In this document: in pieces, positions 11,903 to 22,413 of the stretch | How positions within the stretch are numbered: the first letter of the stretch is position 1 | Layout: each line of letters starts with the position of its first letter | Assembly: GCF_001194135.2 (NCBI RefSeq) | Contig: NC_069005.1 | Location: forward strand, 31,103,257 to 31,167,256 | Direction: 5' to 3' | Source: Octopus bimaculoides | Lineage: Eukaryota | Length of the DNA: 64,000 nt | Program-made: the position numbers and the translations under genes | Notes under the pieces: model-generated | Database searches by the model: none | Seen by the model: the letters and a program-made list of their open reading frames with translations, nothing else | Told to the model about the DNA's origin: nothing

Positions 11903-13362
11903 CCACCCAGGGTTTCAAGTTTTTCACTCAACTGTTCTCGAATCCACAGGCACATGCTTAGACCAGTTCCATTCATCTTGACCGTTTTTACTAGACACTC
12001 CACCCCCCCATCTTTTGATAAACTCCTTGGGGGAGAGCACGTTGCTCTTCACCCCTACTTTCCATCTCTGTTCTGTTCCCTTTCTTTCATTTTTCCCTTT
12101 GCAACACAAAGATAATCAGACACACACACACACACACACTCTAACAAGTATACATGTATATGCTTTTGTGTACATACAGTCACGCACAGGCATCCATGCA
12201 TTTATACGCATGCATTCATGCACATGCACACATACAGTCACAAGAATGTTCCCATTCTTACTCAGACACATGCGCATACAAACACTTGTGTACATGCGTT
12301 CACATGCACACACAATCACACCCTCTCTCTCTTACACACACACACACACATGCATAGTTTCACACACACACATGCATAGTATCACACACACACACACAGA
12401 CAGTGATAGGTGTGGTGCTCTTGTAAGGCCTGTAACCTAATGGCTAAAATAAACTCAATTTCACACACACGCACATTTAGACAAACACATACTAATCCAA
12501 ACACACACACACAGATGTATACACATACACAAACACTCAGATGGATGCAGAAACATATATAAACGCACACAGATGTGCATACACACATGTACCTAACACA
12601 CACACACACACACACAAACACACATGTAACATATACAAACGCACGCAGATGCACTCACGTATACATATACAAACATAGATGCATACACATATACATATCC
12701 TAACACACACACACACACATACTTATATATACATAGACACAATACACATACACACTAGGACAGATGTACGCATACACATATACAATTACACACACACACA
12801 CACGTGTATATATACTACCTCAGCATCACCACCTCGACCACGACCACCACCACCAAACCCTGGCAGGATGCCAGATCTTCTGTTCACAACTACCTGAATG
12901 CCACTTTCTGATATTTATCTTTTATTAGTCAAATAAAAGCAAGTTCCTACTTGGGAAGATAATTGTTTGACTTTTAGATCACTTCAGCCTCCTCCTCCTC
13001 CTCGTCCTCCTTCCTAGACATCATTCCCTCTCTCCTCTCCTCTTCTTTATCCACCTCTCCCTCACACTCCTCCTATTTTCTCATATCCGTCTTCTCTTCC
13101 GCCTTCATCTCCCCCGTTCCCTCCCCTCCACTTCCTTCCAAATCTGTATTTTCCTCCTCCTTTTCCTCCTCTGTTTGATTCACTCACTATAGACCCTAAA
13201 AAAAATCTTGTCTAGAGCCCCCCACCCCCACTTTTTTTTTGTATTATTAAAATAAAACATTCTTTTCCAGTTTGGTTTGTGTGTGTGTGTTGGTAATTTA
13301 TTTTACAAACATCCTACAACTAAGTGTGTATGTGTGTGTGTGTGCCTCATATATGAGTCATG

Positions 13363-13398
<36 letters not shown>

Positions 13399-13696
13399 NN
13401 NNNNNNNNNNNNNNNNNNNNNNNNNNNNNNNNNNNNNNNNNNNNNNNNNNNNNNNNNNNNNNNNNNNNNNNNNNNNNNNNNNNNNNNNNNNNNNNNNNNN
13501 NNNNNNNNNNNNNNNNNNNNNNNNNNNNNNNNNNNNNNNNNNNNNNNNNNNNNNNNNNNNNNNNNNNNNNNNNNNNNNNNATGGACAACCATGCCAAACC
13601 TGTGTGAACTTCCAGTTGATGCAGCCAACCTTGTGGCTTACTGGATCCTGTCAAACCAATCCAAGCCATGTCAGCATGGAAACATTTTAATGTCCA

Positions 13697-13874
13697 CTAT
13701 CCCAACTGTGAGCAGGCGTTTTTCTCTCGTTAATGTTCTAAAGCAGTAATCATTATCAAGTGCTAATTAAAAGCAATGTTTTCTCACCTGCTCTGTGTAT
13801 GTTTCTGTTATTCCGTTGCAACATCTTTGCCTGTGTTTTTACTGATCCGGTTCTAGATGCGACCGTTTTTTATT
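13697..13874 (+). repeat. 178-bp direct repeat, copy 1
   Basis: Base-for-base identical to 15336-15513 (CTATCCCAACTG...GACCGTTTTTTATT) by manual comparison. Confidence 0.95.
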
Positions 13875-14164
13875 GTTGAGGCAAGTTTTTCTAAGACTCG
13901 ATGCCGATGCCCTTCCTGTTACCACTTCTCTTCCATTTCCAAAGTGAGGCAATATTTTCCCAGTTGGGTGTGTTTTCATGTAAGACTCAAGACCAAAAGC
14001 ATTGCGTTCATAGTTGTGACCCTGGTTTACGACTGTTATTGCAATGTCAGCGCAGGGAGATGCACACACTAATACACACACACATGCATATACATGCATA
14101 CAAATATATATTGAAGTGGAAGGACAGATAAACAATAACAGGCATAAGGAATATAATATATGTG

Positions 14165-14325
14165 ATAGGGCTTCTTTCAGTTTTCACCTGCCAAATTTAC
14201 CAAATGTACTCGCAAGACTTTGAGTGGTCCAGGGCTAAAGTGGAAGACACTTGTCCAAGAAGCCATGCAGTGGGACCGAAGTCCAAACCACAGAGTTGGC
14301 AGGTGAATCTCTTAACCCCACAACA
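14165..14325 (-). mobile_element. Decayed family B SINE 5' half
   Basis: GGCTTCTTTCAGTTT..CCAAAT..CAAG..TTT..AGACACTTGTCCAAG..GCAGTGGGAC matches the family B reverse complement. Confidence 0.6.
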
Positions 14326-15335
14326 CTCAGTACATTTTTATTTTGTGTATATGGCCAATGGCTGCGCTGTGTGTCTATGTTAGTTTATTTTGAATGTTGT
14401 TCAAGTGGTTTGTTGCAGAAAGTAGAAAGCCTTCCTGTCAAGACTAACCTGATCCTCAATGGCTCTGGTGTACTGCTCCTAAACTTTGCTTTGTCTTCCT
14501 TATTTTTGCCAAATGACTGCTTTTCAGAGGTGTTTATTCATCTTTATGCCTTGTTACAACGTCCTTTGTGTTTTTGTATAAACACCCAGTCTAGTTTGAA
14601 GGCCTTATATTTTTGATATTCTCTGTGTACTGTGATCAGAAGGTCTACTGAGTGCAAAGAATAAGTGAAACCTCATTGTTGAATGCTGTTTGAGCAGACA
14701 TACAGTGTAGAGGTAACCAAGTGAACACATTGGATCGTTTCAACAGCATTTTTGATGGGGCCATACTGTCTCTGTTGTAGATATGCCATGTTGAGATTTA
14801 GGTCCTAACGTATCTAATTTCTCGTCCTGAAAAAGATTTTTTTAAAAACATGTTTTTGATACAAGTTTCATTGTTACTTTGAACTTGTTTGTGAAGCAGC
14901 TTATGTACAAACTAGCTTGCTAACTTGTTGTTTAACCCCAGGTCAGCTGTGATACAGGGTAAGCTTTTTTGATCATAAATGTTCCACCTATAAAGCCTTG
15001 TGAGTAGATTTGGTAGATGGAAACTGAAAGAAGCCCATCTTCTACAGACATATAAAAGTGTGTGTGCATGTGTTTGTGTGTGTGACTGTTAAGTGGTGTC
15101 TACAAGCAGTATCTAAACTTGTGTGTAAAGTGTGTCTGGACATGGGGAGGGGGGTAGTATTACTGTACTTGAAAATAGGTGAAGGTTGGTAACTGGAAGA
15201 GCATCCAACCATAAAAAAAAATCTGCCTTGTCATAAAAATACAATGAGGATGATGATGATGTCCCCCTTATGTATAGGGGGGTTTCTTTTTGTAATCTTA
15301 GGCATCTGAATTCATACAATTGTAAATGCAACGCC

Positions 15336-15513
15336 CTATCCCAACTGTGAGCAGGCGTTTTTCTCTCGTTAATGTTCTAAAGCAGTAATCATTATCAAGT
15401 GCTAATTAAAAGCAATGTTTTCTCACCTGCTCTGTGTATGTTTCTGTTATTCCGTTGCAACATCTTTGCCTGTGTTTTTACTGATCCGGTTCTAGATGCG
15501 ACCGTTTTTTATT
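15336..15513 (+). repeat. 178-bp direct repeat, copy 2 (likely donor)
   Basis: Identical to 13697-13874 and embedded in non-repeat-looking flanks. Confidence 0.95.
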
Positions 15514-16041
15514 CTGATCTGCCACTATTACTTCTATAATTTTGTTTATATTATTATTTGTAACAGAAATGGTTTGAACACTAGAAAATTTGAATTTATG
15601 CATTTCTCTCTTCCCTGGGCCTTCAGTCCCTGTTGGGGGTTAGTTGTAGGGTGTCATTGCAACATAGAGAGTGGTCCTTGGGCAGTTTTAAAATTTGATG
15701 GAGCCCATCTCACTCTAAGTCAGAACGCAGCCAATTTCTTCCAGGGAAGAAGAGGAGAAGAAGAGGAAGGAAGGTACCCTTAGCAGGGTTTCTTTGATTG
15801 CAAGAATTTGGGCCAGACCCTCGTGGTTATAAACAAGCATCACTGGTCGTGCAAACTGTGTCCCTCGTTTCTAGTTTTCTGTGAAAACTGGTCGGATCAT
15901 GGGGAAATATTTCCTTGCTTTGAAACTGTAAAGGGTTGGTGATAGGGAGGTTACCTGGCCTTAGGAAATATCTGCCTAAACGAAATCCAGGAGAAGTAGA
16001 CATTAAAACAACACTGAATATAATGATGATGATGATGATAT

Positions 16042-16072
<31 letters not shown>

Positions 16073-16832
16073 TGTTAAATGTCTGTTTTTGTCATTATTG
16101 TGTAGACTTGATGTCTCCAAAAAAAAAAAAAAATAGACATATTTGTCTGTCTATTAATATTGTCATTTACTTTTAAGAAAATTTTATAAATATATTTATG
16201 AAAGGAGAAGACAAACAAGAAATAAATGGGTCAGGTGGTGGTGGTGGTGGTGGTGGTGGTGGATGAAAGAAGTGGGGGTAGGATGAAACTGGGAATTGTA
16301 TGAGGTAAGGTAAATATTTAATTTGATTTCCAGGTAGGGGTTGAGGTACAAAGACAACCACAATGCAGTTGTTGGGGGAAGAGGGGACGCGGTTCGCGAA
16401 TGAAAGTGGGTTTTATGAAAAAATCTGTGCTGCCATTTGTGTTCATTGTATCTTCTATCTTTGCTGGTCGGCAGAGGTGAAAACAAGTTTTAGTCAGCCA
16501 TATTTGGTGACATTTCCTGCGAGAAAAGCAGCTTAGGAATGCCAAACAAGTGTAAACATTACAACTTAAAAGACACACACACACACACACACACATGCAC
16601 ATACACACATTTAATATTGAAATGAATTAAAATTAAAAAGCTATTTCAGTAATACCTATGGTGGAAGTTGTGGTTGAGATGGAGGCAGTGGTGGTGGTGG
16701 TCGTGGTGGGAATCAGCATTAGCAATTAAATTAAAAGAGTCTGTTTGCCCGACATCTCCAGTACATTTGAAGAAACTAATGTAACGTGTCATCGTATAAT
16801 ACATACTTATATACATACATACATATATACTT

Positions 16833-17186
16833 GAAGGCTCTGAATTTACCTTCAAACGAGGAACAAAATTTAAACTCAAAACCAATTTCTCTTGTTCCTC
16901 TGGTAACCTCATTTATGTCCTCACATGCGCAGGTTGCCAAAACTTCTATATCGGACAGACGAGCCTCCCGTTGCATAGAAGAGTAGCAGTCCATAAAGAA
17001 CAAATAAATCTCCCTCAATACCGCCAAATTCCACTCAGTGGCCATATAGACTCTCGCGCCAGAAACAAAAACCCTAAATTCCTTATATTCCCTTTCTATC
17101 AATGTAAAGACAGAATCTCCACACAAGAAAGAATCAACAAGAAGAATCTTTTCATAGAGAAATTCCTACCATTTCTTAACACACAT
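16833..17186 (+). mobile_element. Penelope-like element (Neptune-like) GIY-YIG endonuclease domain, 5'-truncated
   Basis: Manual translation is open for 118 codons: EGSEFTFKRGTKFKLKTNFSCSSGNLIYVLTCAGCQNFYIGQTSLPLHRRVAVHKEQINLPQYRQIPLSGHIDSRARNKNPKFLIFPFYQCKDRISTQERINKKNLFIEKFLPFLNTH. It has LIY-C-x2-C-YIGQT, R-x3-H, a second H and terminal LN, typical of PLE GIY-YIG domains. Confidence 0.85.
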
Positions 17187-18774
17187 NNNNNNNNNNNNNN
17201 NNNNNNNNNNNNNNNNNNNNNNNNNNNNNNNNNNNNNNNNNNNNNNNNNNNNNNNNNNNNNNNNNNNNNNNNNNNNNNNNNNNNAACCATTACCTACATG
17301 AATTACCATTGAACTTCAAAAGCTCAAAGACAATATAATGTATTGGTATGTTTATTTTTTTATATATTATTTTCTTCATTTTGTACTTCTTTGTAAAAAA
17401 CATTTTCATTCTCCCTCTTCTTGAAAATTTGCTTCGCAATAAAAGCCGGTTAGAAATCTTTATTAAAATATGCTTCCAGTTTAGCATTCTGCCTTATTAT
17501 TATTTTTCATTTTCCTCACTATTTACTGACTTATATACACACACACACAGTTATGTTTATTCAAATTAAATGAATGACAAAGGAACAAGAGATTATGCAA
17601 CATATAAATACACACAAACATACATACGCACACACATATATAAACACATTTGCATATGTGTATAGATCGTTTTGTGGGCTCATAGGATGAACCCATCTCA
17701 CAAGATATCTGTATGTCCACTCATCCAAATTTGTGTGTGTGTGTGTCCTCACCCAGCTTGACAACCGGTGTTCTTTTGTTTTCAGCACTGGCAAAAGAGA
17801 CTGATGGAATGATTATTAAATTTTAAAAGAATAAGTACCGGGGTTGATTTGTATGGGTTATCTCTTCCAAGCCCTCTTGTGAACTCCAAACTGCTTTTGC
17901 CAGCCTCTGATGTAAAATTTTCTTCATTGGCCTGGCTGTGGCTAAAAGAATAATATTATATACTACAAAGAAGGATAAACTGTGAAAACAGAGACTTCAT
18001 AGTGTAGTGAGAGAGAAATAGGTTTAATATACCTTATCATATGTTGTAATATAAATTGGTTTGCTTTGGGTGGGTTGGTGGTTTTAATTATTCAGGTGAC
18101 CTACAAGCGTGCGATGATGTTTGCATGGTGTCCCAACATGCCAGATTTAAAAGTAAATGCTACATTGCTGTTGTGAAATTACTAAGCAGTTTGTGAGGTG
18201 AATGAATGCTTGTAGCTTATCAGGTGGACAATTAGAGCATTATTGAAAAAAACATAGCGGAATATGATAGTTGCTGACACACGATAGACAATCTCACTTG
18301 ATCAACTGGCTAATTAGTCTTGTGATATAATTAGTCTTGTGATAGACTGAATGATTTCAATCCAAGATGGCACTGTGTTACCAATACCACCAACAAAACG
18401 ACTAGTGAACCTCTACATGATCATTTAAATATGGTAGAAACAACAGCCACCCCACCAAAAGACGTTTTGAAAGATGATCTCTGATTGGCTATTACATTTC
18501 AAAACCAACCAATCACAGTATTTGTTTCATGGATTATCCTCAGAGTCCCTTCAACTTGTATCACTTGGGCCAACCAATCAGCCTGGGTGTTCCAAGAGGG
18601 TTAAGGTGGGTACCTTTTGACTACATTCTGTAAAAACTTCAGTGCTAAATTTTCAACAGCAGGTATTGTTGATACTAGTATTTAATTAACAGCTGTGGCC
18701 CAATTACAGGAGTTTGCTTTTGAGATGCTTTATGGACATCTGATGACAGTTGTTAGCTGTTCAATATAACAATA

Positions 18775-18988
18775 ACGATTTCAAATTTTGACACAAGGCC
18801 AGCAAGTTCAGGGAGGGGATAAGTCGATTACAACAACCCCAGTACTTAGCAGGTACTTACTTTATTGACTTTGAAAGGATGAAAAGTAAAGTTGATCTCG
18901 ACAGAATTTCAATTCAGGATGTAAAGACGGATGAAATGCTGCTAGGCATTTCACCCAACATGCTAGCAATTCTGCTGGTTCACCACCT

Positions 18989-19029
<41 letters not shown>

Positions 19030-19242
19030 CCTTTCTGCTATAGGTACAAGGCCTGAAATTTTGGGGGAGGGGACTAGTCGATTACATCAACTCCAGTGCT
19101 TCACTGGTACTTAATTTATCAGCCCTGTTAGGATAAAAGGCAAAGTCAACCTCAGCAGAATTTGAACTCAGAACCTAACAACAAGCGAAACACCATTAAG
19201 CATTTCACTGAGCATGCTAATGATTCTGCCTGCTCACTACCT

Positions 19243-19243
<1 letters not shown>
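18775..19243 (-). mobile_element. Two head-to-tail family A SINEs joined by (AAT)n
   Basis: Copies at about 18775-18990 and 19029-19243, each with core AAAGGATRAAAG..AAAGTYRA and head GCTAG/AAGCATTTCAC. (AAT)n lies between and after them. Confidence 0.8.
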
Positions 19244-19277
<34 letters not shown>

Positions 19278-19879
19278 TATAACAGCAGCAATGATGGTTG
19301 GTGGATAGCAAATAGACTATTATCAAATGTCTAGTATCTGATTAGTACAGCTAATGTTTTCTAGTTGAAGTAGTTTATCACTTCCCTGATCAGCCTCCGC
19401 CCATTCTTACAGTGTGAAACTTGGGCCAAAGGTGGCCCCAAATTATGAGGAAGATTTTTGTTGTTTTTTAGCTGCAGCTTGAAGTTGGCCTAAAAGATTA
19501 ATCGAAAGCAACCGGAGAAGATGATTTAAATTCTGGTGTTAATAGGATGAAACTGGAGAAGACAGACGTCCATTTTACGCATGCAATGTATATTAATTGT
19601 TAGGGAAATAAAATGTGAACATTGAGAACGGTGGAATTGGTGGATGTGGTCTCTTGGTAAATTCCTAAGAAGGGGGGGGAAAAAAAATCCTATTGCAATT
19701 GTTCACCTGGTTGTTTTTATGTATACTTCACATGCATATATGTGCACAGAGGTGAATGAAACCATCAACACCAGTGCTGTTAACTGCTTAACACCTCTTT
19801 GACTTTCAGCAATCATAGAATACTCTTAACACATTCCTTCCCCTCTTCCTCTCTCCCTTGAGCTAGCATTGTATTTATT

Positions 19880-19926
<47 letters not shown>

Positions 19927-20779
19927 NNNNNNNNNNCAAGGTTTCTACAGCTGGTTGCCCTTCTTAATGTCAACCACTCTGAGAGTGTTGTGGGTGCCTT
20001 TTACTATGGGGCTATAGTAGAAGGTACTTGCCCAAGATGCCTCACAGCGAGACTGAACCCAAGATCACATAGTTGGGAAACAAGCTCCTTTGCCACACAG
20101 CCATGCCTGCATCTCTGTCGATAAAATTCGCAAAATATGAAATTTCAAAAATCTTGTCTCAAAATTTCTGTCTTCGATCTTCTTACTGTACGGTTACAGT
20201 CATCAGTGAACCCTGAGTCTGGCCTGGTTTTGGCAAACTTACGATCAAAGACAGTGCAACCATTGAACAACCCATCTATATAATAATATAGCAGAGGCTA
20301 CATTGTAGAACATTCTTAAAAGATAACAGGACATGATCTGAGAGAGAGTTTTTATTTCCTTGTAGTATTCAATGCCTTCAGTTAAACTATATTCTGTTAG
20401 AGCTTATAAGAAGCCGACATTACCTTCAGTTAAACTGCATTCTATTAAGAGCTTGTATGAAGCCGGAACGATGTACTACTACTGCCTGGTGTCAATGTTT
20501 GTGATGTAGCATGAATATGTTGTGATATAAATGTGGTATCAGAGATCTTCTTGGAGATGTAAGTTTGAGAGGATTTCAGCTTAGATAAGCAATAGGTGTA
20601 TGTTTACAAGACATTTTATTTAGACGTTTAATCAGCTATGTTTACATTTTCTAACATTACTTAGAGGATTATATGCATACAAACATACAAATATATAAAT
20701 GTGTGTGCGTAGAAAATATGTATATACATAAACACACACACACACACACATATACATAAACACATATATACATACTTAC

Positions 20780-20814
<35 letters not shown>

Positions 20815-21411
20815 GATATAGATATATATATATACATATGAATACAATATATACACATATGTACATAGATATGCATAGATATCTATATATTTGCACACAC
20901 ACACACACACATGTATGTATATACGTGTGTGTGTGTGTGTGTGTGTGTAGACTGCTGTATACCCTTCGTACATGTTTTATTTTATTTCTAAGGAAATTTT
21001 TTGTGTTGTTGAATAAGCTCTAAGCTGTCAGAGAGAGAGAGAGAGAGAGGTGTGTTCGGACGATGTCTACATAAATAACTATTAATCATTGTATAGATAT
21101 TCATAACGATACACGACCGACGACAGATTAGATTATCGAGAACAGTCGTACAGAAGAAGCATCAATGGTGTCAAAAATATGGAAGGTGACGTTATGGTTT
21201 TAAGGATTTGTGGGGTGGAGAATACACAAGTATTTGATGCCTTTGTGGCTGTGTGGTTAAATGGTTAACAGGTTTGCTTTGTAATTGTAAGGCTTTGAGT
21301 TCAATCCTGCTGCTTGGCACTCCTCAAGCAAGTGCAGAGCTCAAAACTTAAAGAGCTGGAAGAGATCCCACTAGGCTAATGGTTCTGCCAATAACAACAA
21401 CAACAATTATA

Positions 21412-21640
21412 ACCCTTTCTACTATAGGCACAAGGCCTGAAATTTGGATAAGGGGTGAGGTGGGGGCTACTTGATTACATTGACCCCAGTGCTCAACTAG
21501 TGTTTCTTTCATTGACCCACGAAAGGATGTAACTCAAAGTCAACCTTTGGTGGAATTTGAACTCAGAATCCTAAAAACAGATGAAATGCTGCTAAGCATT
21601 TTTGTCCAGTATGCTACCAATTCTGCCAGCTCACCACCTT
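21412..21640 (-). mobile_element. Family A SINE, tail type 2
   Basis: CCCTTTCTACTATAGGCACAAGGCCTGAAATTT tail, GGAATTTGAACTCAGAA B box, and head ending GCTCACCACCTT. Confidence 0.8.
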
Positions 21641-22067
21641 CGACAACAACAACAACAAGATTAATAGTTTCAGATTTTGGCACAAAGCCAGCAATTTTGG
21701 GAAAGAGTGTTAGTCAACTGCAGTATCTGACGGGTCGAGTGAAAGGTGAAGCTGATTTCAGCCTGGATGTGTTAAACCTGCCTGCGTGGATACACAAACA
21801 GGTATATTCCTGGGCTACGGAAAAATGTTTAGCTCCAAAGTCAATCGGGATCAAACAGAGCTAGAATCGAAGGAAATTTGGCAGCAACCATCACATTGTT
21901 TTTCAGACATGGTATATCTTGGACTACATTACTCATTGTGTCTTTCCTTTTTTAAGATGATATGGTGGGATTTGAATGCCATTCACCTGCTACTTCTAGC
22001 AAACCATTAGACCACACTGAAGCTCTGGTGGCTATAGTATTTAGCATTAGCAGCTGAAGTAGAAGCT

Positions 22068-22265
22068 ATTTAGCCCTGGGTCTGGCCTAACCAAACAGTT
22101 CTATAACCAAAGACATTCCAGCCTGAGCCAACACACCTGTATTTCCTATATTGGTGTAAATCCAAGGACTGTGCTATCCAATGTACCCTTCCTTTTTCAA
22201 GTTGGTAGGGTGTGAACTAAGGCTGATTTAGCTTCTATATCTAGCAAGTGAAGTGACTGTGTAAA
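22068..22265 (+). repeat. Unclassified interspersed repeat (family G)
   Basis: Similar to about 14930-14990, 20210-20370, 36060-36250 (-) and 50470-50640 (-). Shared motifs are TTAACCCYRGG, CAAAGRCATTCCA, ATCCAATGT and GCTATTTCTAGCAGG. No TIR or A/B box recognised. Confidence 0.45.
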
Positions 22266-22378
22266 AAGTTTCACCGTCTCTTGTCTGTTACCATGTATTG
22301 GTTTCTGGCACGCTTGTGTGTGTTTGCGTGTGTGTGTGTGTGTGTGTGTGTGTTTGCATGTGTATGTATGTGTGTGTA

Positions 22379-22413
<35 letters not shown>

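Noticed and set aside
11903-12060. Possible LINE ORF1 fragment (VKTVKMNGTGLSMCLWIREQ) on the minus strand
   Set aside because: Protein-like, but without a diagnostic motif; it cannot be supported without a search.
13697-15513. LTR pair or TRIM interpretation of the 178-bp repeats
   Set aside because: No TG..CA ends, PBS, PPT or flanking TSD, and copy 1 interrupts another repeat.
16776-17126. 116-aa minus-strand ORF (MCGDSV...)
   Set aside because: It is the antisense shadow of the plus-strand GIY-YIG reading frame.
18213-18223. 11-nt match to the 5' end of vertebrate miR-21 (TAGCTTATCAG)
   Set aside because: No flanking hairpin, the match stops at 11 nt, and the family is not expected in molluscs.
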